A program made the translations under genes and the position numbers. Under the pieces are notes generated by a model. The model searched no databases, was not told the origin of the DNA, and saw only the letters and a list, made by a program, of their open reading frames with translations. Shown here piece after piece: positions 24,388-38,885 of a stretch of DNA of 64,000 nucleotides (position 1 is the first letter of the stretch; each line of letters opens with the position of its first letter). The stretch is taken from the NCBI RefSeq assembly GCF_001194135.2, contig NC_068997.1, positions 11,242,793 through 11,306,792 of the forward strand, in the 5' to 3' direction. Source of the stretch: Octopus bimaculoides (taxonomy: Eukaryota).

Positions 24388-27300
24388 TATTTGCTTTGGT
24401 TCTCTACTGTTTTGTACTGAAGTCTAGTCAACACTAACTTTTACACTGATCGTTTCCAGGTCAATATATAAAGTACAATCAAATAGTCAACTCGGTTTCT
24501 CGTCCTCTTCTTCCTTTCATTGTCTTACTCTCTCTCATTCGCTCTCTCTCTCGCTTAGAAAACGCTACCTAAATATTCCCATTAATACCCGCTTATATCG
24601 TGGAGCTAGCAAATATTTCAGCTAGAATTTGAAGGGGAAAAACATATATTATGTGATATCAGTCATTTTGTGTGCATCCATGGTGCATTTTTAACAAAGT
24701 AAGTAGCCAATGTTTGAAATGCGTTTCACGTGCAAGATAACTTAATAATGGTTTATTTCTAAGACATAAAAATGAGAGTACAGATACATTGTGTCAAGAT
24801 GGGGTTTGTACTGATTCGGGCTTACAACTCATTTGTGGTGTTCATCCACCGAAAATAAACGTTATTAATATAATCCATTAACAAACCAAACGTCGTAAAA
24901 CCCTGCATTCATTTATCGAACCATTTATCCATCATTCACTCGTACTTAAATTCATAGAAATATCGGACAGTTGATACATATTGTATTGAACCAACTGTAC
25001 TTTCTCTAACTTATATGAGAATATTCACCAGTAAAATAAAAACGAAAAAAGTTGATGTATTCAATTATGCCTTTAAAATACAAGCCTCCCTTTCCTTAAC
25101 AAAACGATATAATACAATCAGCAAGAGACGGTTGTTTATATTTACCACCTACTATCATGGCTGCGAATGCAGTCACATGCATTATTACGTGGGTTCACGC
25201 TGATGGTTACAATGTTAAGTATTGATTATTTGTCAACAACGTGAGGGGAAAAAAGTAACATTTAAAATATTTATATATTTTAAAAGGATCGATATACAAT
25301 ATACATTCATTTTCAAATTACTGCTTCTTTTTATTTTCACTCATATTTGGAACGAAAATGAGTTAGAATTGAATTATTCATACATATACATTTTGATGCA
25401 TTGTATGTATTCAACAGTTTAAACCTAATTATGAATGTTTCTTTTTTTTCTTTTTATTTGAAATTCATATTATATGTAGAAAATTGTTCTATCAAAATAC
25501 ATTTGATTCATCTGCAAATTCAGCTTCGGGGCCTAGTTCCCTATTTTGGAATGATTGAATCTTTATAAATTTATACAATTTCTTATTTACTTTAACAGAA
25601 AATCTATCTAAAAATCGATGATCCATACGCAGTTATATATGTTACAGCACCTGCTAATCCAAGACCAAACGTACAAAGCCAATCGTAATTAAATAAATGC
25701 ATTTGGTATTTCTTTGCGATCATTGTTTTATATTTATTTTAACATTTACTGATGTTTCTATTTAGAATAGACCAATGATAGTTTAACGGATAGAGATTTC
25801 TCTTTACAAAACCGTTCCAGTTCTTAATACGTACCAATACATCTGTCACAACTCTGTCAGAGAAGGCAATGTATTGAAATGTATGAGTCCAGATTCACTA
25901 CAAGCGCATATTTAATGTATCCTAGAAAATACGTGATAGATTTCAAGTGGGGAAATTTTAGAATCTATATAAAAATTCACTATTTCTAAATGGAGTCAGT
26001 TTCTAGCTCCGAAAATGATATATGCAGACAATCGTGTGATCCATAATATTCAAAACTGCATTCCGGTGCACCTTAGCAAATTCATATTTTTTAATGCTGC
26101 TTTGAAAATCTTGCTTTTGATCAGTTCCTTTGCAAAACCTGGTTATCTCAGAATTCGGTATCTCTCATCTAGGAGGTGAATAAATTTAGATTGATTCATC
26201 GCCTAAGCTTCTTAGTTTACTAGCACCTTCCTTGCCCTAAAATGAAAATATTATGAATGAATTCAAACCCTTTTTGGGTGTGTTCAGCGAAAATAATTCG
26301 GAAAAGCATAAACATTTATGGACCCATCCAACTAAATTTTAACTTTCTCCATAAATAGTAAATTTAGAATTGCCCTTATAAACAAAAACATACATAATTT
26401 GAATCGTCCAACGATTGCAATAATTTTCCTCTCTACTTCTTAAATGACAAAATTATACCAAAAAGCACTATGCTATATTTAACAATAAACCGAAAACTAT
26501 TGTAGAATTACGCTTTTAATGACAGCTGGGAATACGGAAATAAATTTTTAATGCAATAATAATTGAATCCACTTAATCGAAACTATTTGAAATATTTTTA
26601 ATTGTATGAATACAATACAAACAGAATGTAAAATATTTCTCCCATTTTGATTTCAGAATACTTCTTTTGGAAAAGAGCATGCCATTCAAAATGACGCAAA
26701 AAAAAAAAATAATAATGATCGGTTATGATCGATGTCACGTTTAGACAGAAATTTCACAGGACTGAATTTCTTTTTCTTATTTTTATTTTGATGTATCTAC
26801 ATTCATATTTTGAGCTCTCCAGATTTCATAAAATAAAGGCAAATAAATATAAACGGGAAATAATTCAAACAACTATATCAGTCATTTAGATGTAAGTATT
26901 CAAATAATCAGTGTGATCTGAAATTTTCGTTTATATGAAATGTTTAAGTAAATCCGTTGTACTCGCCTTACCTCCCTTAAATTGCAGCTTGCCTAGAGTT
27001 TCCTGTGAATTAAGGAAGTAATATAAGTGAAATATTTGGGAGCTAAAGGATATGTTTCTTAAATGCCATATCAAAAAGAACTTCTAAAATTTGAACTAAA
27101 TACGAAAATGCATTTCGGATTTTTGATAAATACGGAGAACACGGTGGCATATTCTGGACCTACTGAACCGTCCCACTGGGGTGAAGTGACTGAAACTACT
27201 TTGTGATTATTTTTATGTAACATGGCAATTCGAAATATAGATCTTGGAAAATTCGCCTAGCGTTACTTCTGCACAAATAACATAGGTATTGCGGGCTAAC

Positions 27301-27644
27301 ATATGTATTGCATTGTGCCAACGATAGTATTAAACAAATGAAAATTAAATATATATTTTAAAGCATGTGGAAGATTAATACGTCATCAGACCATGACACT
27401 CTCTAGCGACCAACACGATTTCGATCTCTATATAACCCTAATGATAGTACAATGATATACAACTGCCTGCGACTTACAGTGTCATAACTCAAAACGTACG
27501 AGATAAAAGGAGAGGGGAAATGAAAAGGGAAAACAAATGATATGTGATGAAACAGTTTGCTCCATTTGCAGTTTTCACGTTAATATATATATGTGTGTGA
27601 GTGCACACACACACACACACACACGTATATATAAATACATACAT

Positions 27645-27681
<37 letters not shown>

Positions 27682-27934
27682 NNNNNNNNNNNNNNNNNNN
27701 NNNNNNNNNNNNNNNNNNNNNNNNNNNNNNNNNNNNNNNNNNNNNNNNNNNNNNNNNNNNNNNNNNNNNNNNNNNNNNNNNNNNNNNNNNNNNNNNNNNN
27801 NNNNNNNNNNNNNNNNNNNNNNNNNNNNNNNNNNNNNNNNNNNNNNNNNNNNNNNNNNNNNNNNNNNNNNNNNNNNNNNNNNNNNNNNNNNNNNNNNNNN
27901 NNNNNNNNNTATATATACATTTATATAACGTAAA

Positions 27935-28263
27935 GACCTTCATCATTCGGTCATGAATGGCTGAATGGCCATAGGACTGCACTTGCAAAGTTCTCCTCCA
28001 ACACACAAGTCTGTGCAAAGTTGTTTAAGGAAGACCACCAGTTGCCCATGCAAGGCAGCCGTCCCTCTACACGCCACCAATTTTAGCCAAGGGAAAGTAA
28101 AAGCCAATAAAGCTTCGCATCAGTGGTGTTGCAACTCATTGCTACACCTGAGTCAATTGGAGCAACGTATCTTGCTCAAAAACAGTACGCACTGCCCGGT
28201 CCTCGAATCGGACGCACTACCACATGATTGTGAGTCCGATGCTCTAACCATTGTGCCATGCGC
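27935..28263 (-). mobile_element. SINE family C (tRNA head plus conserved-core-like body)
   Basis: minus-strand head GGCGCATGGCACAATGGTTAGAGCATCGGACTCACAATCATGTGGTAGTG..GATTCGAGGACC, followed by TTGAGCAAGATACGTTGCTCCAATTGACTCAG body. Confidence 0.7.
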
Positions 28264-28345
28264 CATTTTACATTCTTGCATAAAAATTGTTCATTTATAC
28301 ATTTCGCTACAATTGCCTTATAGTTCAGTTTCATAACTTTATCTA

Positions 28346-28348
<3 letters not shown>

Positions 28349-28431
<83 letters not shown>
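28349..28431. repeat. (CT)n(CA)n compound microsatellite
   Basis: direct reading. Confidence 0.95.
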
Positions 28432-28433
<2 letters not shown>

Positions 28434-29132
28434 TCTATGTCACCCTCACTCACCCATTTTAACCCTCCCATAGACATACTCACTTTCTATCTATCCCTCT
28501 TCTCATGTATCCTAATCTCTCTTATCAAGTAGTCCGTTCTTTTTCCCGCACGTATATTATCACATTTTCTTCCAGTGGTTCCTGTTTATATATTTCTTAC
28601 TAATATATTGCTATTAGGTACAGCATCATTCCAATGACCTAAATCATTTGGTATCAGAGCATATACAACCATTTTATATCCATCAATTTCTAAGCGTTAT
28701 GATCTTGCTCTCTTGTTCTGCTGGATCTCAAAAGTGCAATATTTTTACAATCAAATGAGTTATGTGTTAAGTCCTCATTCAACATGCAGGAAAGAGTGGT
28801 GATATCGCCTTTAGACTATATTCTTCTATCTTTAATACAGTAATATATTCAATGATTTACTCGAAGAACTTTCTCCGTAGGCATATATGAATGACACAAC
28901 TCAGGTGATTTTTCTTCATTTGCTTAACTGACCGTGGTTCACCTGCTGCCGAATGACGGCAATAAAGCAATAAAACCAAGAAAGTTCTTGGTTTTTCATC
29001 GACTTATAAACTACTATGCCAATGGCAACTTTTATATGAAAGCATATATCATATATACACCAAGAATTTCAATTTCATCAATATATAACACTTGCACCCG
29101 AAAATGCGCGCACACACACACATACACAATCA

Positions 29133-29160
29133 CACATACATACATACATACATACATACA

Positions 29161-29196
<36 letters not shown>

Positions 29197-29197
29197 T
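29133..29197. repeat. (CATA)n microsatellite
   Basis: direct reading. Confidence 0.95.
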
Positions 29198-30613
29198 GAA
29201 AGTATGTACACTGACGCACACTCATGCATATATAAAGAAAGCACAATTCCGATAATGGACAGAATCAACGACTATTGAAAAAGCTGCAAGTCTCAATGAA
29301 AATTTTAGTAAAAAATAACGATTAAATCAGAGGAAATTAAACCGGTGAATGTCTTAAATTAATAAAGCATTAAGGAAAAAATGACTCCCCCCACCTGACA
29401 CAATAGCATATGCTTCACCACAGGAATTTACATGAAGGATCTTGCAAACCGCATACAAAAACGAAATCCTTTAAAATTGTTTTGATGGAGTGTTTACATT
29501 CCTGTAGCAAATTAAGCGAATAAGATATGATGTTTATGTACTTAATTGTATGGGATAATAAACGAAGGTGTTTAGCTATGAATGAACGTGGAATACGTCG
29601 GGTATCATATAATCTTCAGTTTATTGTCTGTGTTAGGTTATTAGGGAATAATTGCAAGTTATTTCCTTGGCGATACAAAGAAAACAGCTACATTAATTCG
29701 AAACAACAGACAGGTACATATTTCTGTTCTGAAATGGAAGAATATATGGTTAATGCATTACCTAGTTAACCAGAAATATCAGTATTTCACCGTGATTCAA
29801 AGCGTTTTCAAAAACGAAAAAAAAAAAAAAACAACTTCAAAATTATTCTTTGAAGTAGATTCAATTGAATTGAATATCGTTGAATCTGTGTGATCTGCGC
29901 TATTGAGTTATGGAAAAGAAAGAACACGGTCGTCTGGTCTGAGAGGCAATAACAACATAATACAAACATCTATACATAGCTATATATATATATATATATA
30001 TATATATATNNNNNNNNNNNNNNNNNNNNNNNNNNNNNNNNNNNNNNNNNNNNNNNNNNNNNNNNNNNNNNNNNNNNNNNNNNNNNNNNNNNNNNNNNNN
30101 NNNNNNNNNNNNNNNNNNNNNNNNNNNNNNNNNNNNNNNNNNNNNNNNNNNNNNNNNNNNNNNNNNNNNNNNNNNNNNNNNNNNNNNNNNNNNNNNNNNN
30201 NNNNNNNNNNNNNNNNNNNNNNNNNNNNNNNNNNNNNNNNNNNNNNNNNNNNNNNNNNNNNNNNNNNNNNNNNNNNNNNNNNNNNNNNNNNNNNNNNNNN
30301 NNNNNNNNNNNNNNNNNNNNNNNNNNNNNNNNNNNNNNNNNNNNNNNNNNNNNNNNNNNNNNNNNNNNNNNNNNNNNNNNNNNNNNNNNNNNNNNNNNNN
30401 NNNNNNNNNNNNNNNNNNNNNNNNNNNNNNNNNNNNNNNNNNNNNNNNNNNNNNNNNNNNNNNNNNNNNNNNNNNNNNNNNNNNNNNNNNNNNNNNNNNN
30501 NNNNNNNNNNNNNNNNNNNNNNNNNNNNNNNNNNNNNNNNNNNNNNNNNNNNNNNNNNNNNNNNNNNNNNNNNNNNNNNNNNNNNNNNNNNNNNNNNNNN
30601 NNNNNNNNNNTAT

Positions 30614-30652
<39 letters not shown>

Positions 30653-30666
30653 AAGAGAGAGAGATG

Positions 30667-30703
<37 letters not shown>

Positions 30704-31343
30704 TTATGTATGCATTTATATATGTGTGCGTGCGTGTGTATGATATCTTTTTCCTTAACTCTTGATATAACTGCAGAAGCACTAAAGTTATATAAGGATT
30801 CTCTTGGGAATATCAGCAAAGAAACACCACTCCCTTCCACGGTTTGTTTGCAAGCAATGTCTTTCCTTTATCTCCTTAGGCAGCGAGAAGTAGATGTGTG
30901 TATAGAGAGATAGATAGATAGACAAATATAGTAAGAGAGGCTGAGACAGAGATAAGCAGCGAGAAAGAGAGATAGAGGGACTGGTAGAGAGAGTGGTAGT
31001 GAAAATAGGTGAAAGTTGGTATTTACGTATAAACTTTTTCTAAACAGAAAAACAGATATCATGTTACAATTAATTCCAACAATCTTGGTGCGGCGCATTT
31101 TGTCTATAGAAATATTTTCCAAATTATACATGCATTTAACAAACGTAAATTGGCCAATTTCATTAATAACAACAACAACAATAATAATAATAGTAATAAT
31201 AATTTCTTAAATACATGTTTTACCTGTGAATTTGCGTGTGTAAACTGGGAATGCATACAGCGAGTTTCTCTGCCCTAGGTGTATGGACAACACTCGGCGA
31301 GAAATGGAAGAAAATTTGAAGAAAGAAGAAAAAAAAACTAATG

Positions 31344-31407
<64 letters not shown>

Positions 31408-31408
<1 letters not shown>

Positions 31409-31486
31409 TGCCAGGCTTGTCCATCGGACACTTTGCAACAAGTATGGACTTGACAGAGCAAAAAATTGGTACGACCACAAACCTGA
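31408..31486 (+). mobile_element. duplicate of the first 80 bp of RLE family 2 element (probable assembly overlap)
   Basis: identical to 31722-31800; ends at a 10-N gap. Confidence 0.6.
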
Positions 31487-31540
31487 NNNNNNNNNNAGAA
31501 ATGGAAGAAAATTTGAAGAAAGAAGAAAAAAAAACTAATG

Positions 31541-31604
<64 letters not shown>

Positions 31605-31657
31605 TAATAATAATAATAATAATGATAATAATAATAATAATAATAATAACAATAATG

Positions 31658-31720
<63 letters not shown>

Positions 31721-31722
<2 letters not shown>

Positions 31723-32250
31723 TGCCAGGCTTGTCCATCGGACACTTTGCAACAAGTATGGACTTGACAGAGCAAAAAATTGGTACGACCACAAACCTGA
31801 AGTCATTGTCGAAAATAGAAATGTAGAGATCCTATGGGATTTTATGATGCAGTGTGACCATGTGATTGAGAATAGGAAGCTGGATATTGTTTTCTCTTAA
31901 TTGAGAAAGAAAACAAACTATGCTGGATCATAGACATAGCATGCCCAGCTGACAACAAGGAAGAAAGAAAAGTCGAGAGATATGACAGGTTAGCTTGGGA
32001 AGTTAAGCAGTTGTGGTCGATGAAACAGGTAGTTGTAGTGCCAATAATTGTCGGAGCCCTGGGAATAGCGAGCAGAAATCTCGAGAAGTACGTGGAACAA
32101 ATAGGGGCTGCAATAGAGTTGGAGCACTTGCAGAAAATTGCACTGCTTGGAACCGCTCGAATACCCCGGAAGGTGCTCGAAAAATAAGAGGTGCTACCTT
32201 AGTTCACTGGTAGTAAACAACTGACACTGTCATACATCTCCAGCGCTAGT
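31721..32250 (+). mobile_element. RLE non-LTR retrotransposon family 2 (R4/Dong- or HERO-like), 5'-truncated
   Basis: IARLVHRTLCNKYGLDRAKNWYDHKPEVIVENRNVEILWDFMMQCDHVIENRKLDIV/LIEKENKLCWIIDIACPADNKEERKVERYDRLAWEVKQLWSMKQVVVVPIIVGALG..LQKIALLGTARIPRKVLEK* (stop 32185-32187); one frameshift, catalytic PD altered to LD. Confidence 0.9.
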
Positions 32251-32800
32251 TTGAAATGAAACTCAGTAAATTGACGCTATGCGTTTATCACGTAAGAATT
32301 CTAAAGAGCTTCCATGTACGATATTCTATTCTCAACAACAATACTTTACTTATAAAGGAAAAACACTCTTACATTTGCCTTTGTAAAGAAAACTCTGGGC
32401 TACTCCATGATTATCTAGTGATATTTGTATGGGTTGTATGGGTAACGAAGAAATTACTCGAAATTTTTGTCTTTTAAAGTACTTTTCTAATAGAGAGTTT
32501 TCGTAAATCTCAGGCAGCATTCAATGAAAACCAGTGCAGACGCTCACACACACAGACACACAAGCACAAACGAACGCATACTCATATGTATTCATGTATA
32601 AACTATACATGTGTATGAATGAATTCATACACACGCACATGAACATACACATATATATATGTATCATTGTATTTATATGTATATATATTTATCGTATATA
32701 TGTATATATAAGTATATATATATATCTATATATACCTATATATACATTACATATATAAGATGAATATACATACGTATGCGTGTATATATTATATACACTT

Positions 32801-32847
<47 letters not shown>

Positions 32848-33517
32848 CATACATACATACATATATATACATATATATATATGTCTGTGTGTGTGTGTGT
32901 GTGTATAATTATACCGATTACGTTTCTAATCATTTGAATTATTTTATTGCATTTCCTTTGAACTTCTGGATAAAAATATATTACTGATATTTAATGGCAT
33001 ATAAAATCTATTGATATTATATTTAGTTATATTGTGGAAGATTACAGTCTATAATTAAAACTTCATGGGAAGGACGATGAGACTTTTAAAATTATTATTT
33101 ACATCGTATATTTGTAAATAAATTTCCATTAATACAACTTATTAATCTACTTTCAGCATATATATTACTTTCAGAGAAATATAAAAGATATAATATGTAT
33201 TGAATTTTATTTTTATGTTAAATACTTTGACATGCAAAGTAAAACTAAATTTTGCAGTCAATATATTAAGTTAGTTAATATTAGACTAATAAAAATGCAT
33301 AACAGCATTTGCTTTGTGAGGTCATCAGCTAGACATTACCATTCATACCTCTTTCTCCATCTATACTTTAACTATATTGAGTAACGTAGTTCAGCTTTAA
33401 CAGAGAGCAGATTAAATTTTTTCAGGCCTCTGGCGGACAGAAAATGCGAGATGCTAGGTCTGTTCTCTCAGAATTGATTACGTGCTCAAGGCTAAAAAAC
33501 AGACTCATGTATACACG

Positions 33518-33548
<31 letters not shown>

Positions 33549-33596
33549 GCACACACAAACACACACACATGCAAACACATATAAGTTATGCACACC

Positions 33597-33646
<50 letters not shown>

Positions 33647-34060
33647 ATAATTCAAAAGAAAGTAAGAAAATGGAGATAGAACATTTGATGAAAATATTTA
33701 TTATATACAAAAATCAATCAGTCTTTTACAGCTGTTTCAAATAAGATTAATAGATTAAATAGCAATTATTAAAATCATTATATGAGGCAAACATTCTTCA
33801 GAGGAGTAGAAAAATGATATACTGTTAGGTTTTTAAGTGTTATATTTTAGAATCCTCACAGAAGACTGAGTATTATTTTATGGCTAGTATTGGTATATGC
33901 CCGGATTAGGAAGTTATAGGTTGTATTAGTGGGTAATGGATAATATGTGAATATAATTAGGGTAATAATCAGTAAATTAATAGACGTTGAATAGTAAATT
34001 ACAGTGGAGAAGAGTATCATATGAATAAGAGGATAAACTATATTCTTAGGTAAGCTCTTT

Positions 34061-34265
34061 CCCACTACGTCCGTGCGTTAGTGTCACGTGACAGTAGCGG
34101 GAAATGTACATCGGGTTAGAAGCTTAACCATGTGTTCATTCTCTCCAAACACTTGACAGAAAACATTAAGAGCATCGATTGTTTGGACTTGTTCAGTGAA
34201 CTGTGTTAGCCTTAAATTACAACGCCAAACATTGTCACTTGATATTAACACACGGACGTACCGGG
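34061..34265. mobile_element. putative MITE with imperfect terminal inverted repeats
   Basis: 34066-34093 and 34233-34260 are inverted repeats, 24/28 matches; extendable to CCC...GGG ends; no clear TSD. Confidence 0.45.
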
Positions 34266-36514
34266 GATCCAAACAAAAAATTTCTAAGACCAGTGATGTG
34301 ACTATCCACTACAAAACAAATCATATTCAGAACGTATATTAATTTGAGCCATGAACTTCCAATTGTTTTTGCAATCACAACGATTTGTACGTTTACTGAC
34401 ATCAGACTTGGTGGGATTCGAAATGCAATTTCAATTTGTAGCGGGACAAAGCTTTTTGACTTAAACCATAGCTTAGACTCTAGACAAAGCAATTTGCTAA
34501 TAGCAATGGACATAATAGACAAAATAACATAAGTTATATAAAATTACACAAACTCCGCATATAAAACAAATATCTAATTCAAACGATAAAACCATATTTT
34601 AATTATGTTAACATACATACCATACCTGTGTAGATTGAACTCAGCGATGTTATCCAAGTATCCACACCAGCTACAACATGAATAAACTGGGACTATTGAC
34701 TGAGGTCAGCATTATCTACCACGAAAGGGAGCAGAATGCGTATTAGTTGATGTTTCATCAAAGAACGGCAATCATACTGAAATTTAAGTCACAATATCAC
34801 CATATATGTAAAAGGTCGGATACAACTGGTGCATTTTCTCTTTATCTGTTGGGATTTCGACGAATCAGCAGTTATTGAGGCGTTTGGGATATTTGGATAT
34901 GGACAAATGCCTCTCGTGAATTTGCTGGTGTGTGAAGTTAATGATTTTGTGTTGAGTAAGTCACGAACTTCGGAGGAGTATTTTAATAATTAGGATCCAG
35001 TCGATTTTCTGCTAGCGCAATCGATAATAGCCAAAGAAAATATTAGCATTAATATCAAAAGCATCGTTGACTGGCGATGTGGGGAAGGGCTAAGTACGAC
35101 GGCTAGAATTGATTTTACTCTATTTCAAATCCTCTTGATACTGTTTGAAATTATTACCCATAAATTCGCGGTGATTTCGTTATTCCGTTAATTGCTTCTG
35201 AACAATGGATAGCATAAATGGATCTTTGTATTTCCTGAATAATCACGTGATTTTCTTAGCAGTTACACTTGTGGTATGTTAAGTCTCTGCAGACTTTCTT
35301 ACATAAGTAGAATTACGCTATCAGATGCATACTAATGGGTGGATTAACGGCTCTTGTATAAATCGATGCTGACATAATAATCTTTAAATATTTAATGTCT
35401 TCAGAATCAATATGTGCTTGAAAGAATATATGCGTATCTATATTTTTTGAATTAATTGTAGAAACAAAGACAAAGTATTTGATAAGATATAGTAATCGTA
35501 ACCAAACGTAAGCTTTCCGTTTCCTAAACGAATGCGTCTCTGCCTGGGAGTTCGACTTCGTCCAAAATAATACTTGATATCGTATAATATAATCGATATG
35601 TTGACTTAGACAAAAGACGTTTGTCATTACTGTTAAATGTTTTTGATAATAGACTTCTGGGGCAGTATTCGATGCTGGCCTAAATAAAACCAACTTAATT
35701 CGATTCTTCGCTGTATGGATAATTCGTATTTACATTGACATATATTTCATAAAGTGTCATGATATTTAATCAAAATATTTAATCAATGAAATAAAGTTGA
35801 GTCTAGTTTTAAATATTAGTACACATTTTATGACACACTAACGCAGCTGTCAAACCCAAGTATATATTGTACTTTGTTATAATCAACACCACTATGCTTA
35901 TGAATTGTATAGGATACTGGCAAACATATCCGAATAAAAAAAATTTAAGTTTCAGAAATATATTGCATTTTCGATATTTTTGAATGTTTATTATATCGAA
36001 AATATTTTGTGCAGCATACAAAATACGCAAACGAACATTCATATATGCTTACATTTATATATATCCAGGTGTTGAAAAAAACAAAACAAACACCTTGTTA
36101 AATCGTGTTTATATTATTTAATACGATGTTTTAAATAATACTCCGTATTATATAATAGTTGGCCTCAGCCAAATGTGATTTGAAATGTGATGTGTGCTAT
36201 TACGGAAACCCCAAAACTTTTTCTGTCGATATTTTCGTCAAAGTTTTTTGTTATCCTTTGACATGCTGAAAAGCTAAATAACTCTAAATAATGCTTTCTA
36301 TTAGGACCATGATAAATAATGGTATCAAGTGCGCGGTGAGGCAATTTTTGATCATTTGAAAAGTGTTACTTACGGCAATATTTTTCATACGATGCCTAAT
36401 AAACATGATTGAAAATAAGAAGAAAAATAAAGTATTCCAGTGACTTTTAAAATCACATTACTTGAGGAATATATCTGCTAAATCATATGTAATCACCCAT
36501 AACGATAGCCACTT

Positions 36515-36740
36515 AGACCCGGCCATACATCCAGCAACTCTACGCTTCTCTGCCTAGCAGAACTCGTCCTCAATCTCAACTGCTTTATGATCGCGGGAAA
36601 GGTTTACCAGCGATTTGTCTGGCGCTGCTATGGGAACGAGAATGGGTCCCGATTTTGCCAACTTATTTGTTGGTTATGTTGAGGCCCAAAACGTCTCACA
36701 GTTCTCCGGATCAACGCCAGAGCTATACCGTTGCTACATA
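36515..36740 (+). mobile_element. Penelope-like element reverse transcriptase fragment
   Basis: LAELVLNLNCFMIAGKVYQ/SGAAMGTRMGPDFANLFVGYVEAQNVSQFSGSTPELYRCYI matches the PLE RT G.AMGT.MGP..ANLF.G..E motif and stops just before the DD of YIDD. Confidence 0.8.
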
Positions 36741-37389
36741 GTTTTGCTGTCCTTGAATACTTTGAAGAATGTTCCAAAATATTCCGATCAATTATTAAAG
36801 TAAGAATGGAAAGTATTCATGTAATTCTGAAATAAATTCTGAATACAAACGAAAGTAAAAAAAGAACATTAAATTGTAACAAATACGTATGTAAGCACGT
36901 AGGGGAATGAATATGAGAATATAATTATTATGCATGATGTATAGTCAAGTGAAACACTCGTGCGATGAATAAACTATCGTACATTATTAATGGATTATTA
37001 TGAGTGGTGAATGAATTTTGTCATTGATTGTTGAATAGTAAATTTTGAGGAGAACCTGTTGTAATGCCGTATAATATTTATATATCTTTGACATTTACAT
37101 CAAAATCCCACTGTGTTGACTCGCATTTTATTCTCATATAATTTCATGAGATAAAAACGAGTTAGTCTCTTGGATGGTGCTGATCGCACTCGTAGAAACC
37201 AAACTCTATGCAAAATTATGCAATAATTTTACAAGCAAATTATTATTTCAGATGATGTCAATTGAGATGATAATGGTAACACCAAGAGCAGTAATCGATA
37301 TGAGATGCATGATGATGATGATAAAGAGGAGGAGGAGGAGGCAAGGGAGAAAGGATCGGGACAATTGATAACATCGTAAATGATGATAG

Positions 37390-37422
<33 letters not shown>

Positions 37423-37566
37423 TAGTTTTAGGGAAAATAACCAATTATCAAGAACTCATCGATGAAAATCCACTATCACATATAAGGCTCAATTTAATTT
37501 TACTTTTTTGTAAATTGATTTTAATTGGGTTTTTTGCCTGTAATTTTGGATTTTGTCCCTAATATT

Positions 37567-37625
<59 letters not shown>

Positions 37626-38843
37626 ATATATATATATATGTATATATATATATACACATACATACATACACGCATACACACACATATATAAACCAAACTA
37701 TAAACCCAAGGACAAAATAACAAATGAACATATATACCAGTACAAATACATATTGATGTTGTTTATATCGATGTACATACTTGTTATATGTGCGTGCCTG
37801 TGCGTATATGTATGTGTGTATGTATACAAAAATGAATGATGCTCCTGGCGGGCATGCATATGATAGCCGTTTATTTAGCGGAAACATCCTCAAATTATAT
37901 TATATATAGTATATTATATAATATCCTCATATATTATATATAGTATATTATATAATATCTTAGTTGTTTGAATACACGTACTGACTTTTAGTTCAGTGGA
38001 GTTTCGGCTGACAATATCAAACTTGTTGAGTTTAAATTAAGATTTAATATCGAAATCGAAAACCAGTTGGCAGCCATGAACGCGTACGTTATTTACTTGC
38101 TACTTAATATAATTAAATTTAATAATTAAATGCATATAATTCACACGACCTGCAATTACCGTACAAATTACAATGAAACATTCGTCTACTACTTGAAATA
38201 AACGAACGTATCCTAATTACGTTGAAATTCTGAAACAGTACATATTTTAATTACTGTAATAATTTTAATAATTCTAGTTCTGCATATTTGGCATACTGTT
38301 CAGTCTCAAATCTCAATTAGAATATGTTGTATCATGTCCAAAAATTTAACATGTAACTTTAGATATTATTTTCTCTGCCAACTAATGTTTCTTTCATGCT
38401 TTCTCTTTTATTCCATGTTATGCTTAAAATCGATCAATCAATGTCATGAGTATTTGAAAAAAATATACGACTGATAGATACCTTACTGGCTTTAGTCATT
38501 GGAGTTTCCTTTTACATAATTTATACGTAAGGGTTCAGAACGAGACGTATAGATCTTAGTACATGATCGCAGAACCGATTATTAGACTTTCGTAGGGAGA
38601 TGTATTCACATTTATAGTGAGACATTATATTAATGTTGACAACAGTTAATATTCATGAACAGAGAATACCACTGTAGATTATATGTAAGTAATTTACGTT
38701 ACTTATATATTCATTTAGTAAAAGCTGTTGGGGAAAAAACCCTCTCAGTGAAATGGTACAGATTAATGATATCTATTTTAATGGAGTCAGCCTCCTCTAC
38801 TCTCAGTTTCTGGTATAGGAACGCAGAACGTTCAATTATACAC

Positions 38844-38885
<42 letters not shown>

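Noticed and set aside
31300-31800. Apparent tandem duplication of island end + (TAA)n + RLE start (31300-31486 versus 31497-31800)
   Set aside because: Unique parts are identical, differ only in array length and are split by a 10-N gap; most likely an unmerged contig overlap or two alleles
35313-35693. 126-aa minus-strand ORF
   Set aside because: No recognisable domain, near-cognate start, composition typical of AT-rich non-coding DNA
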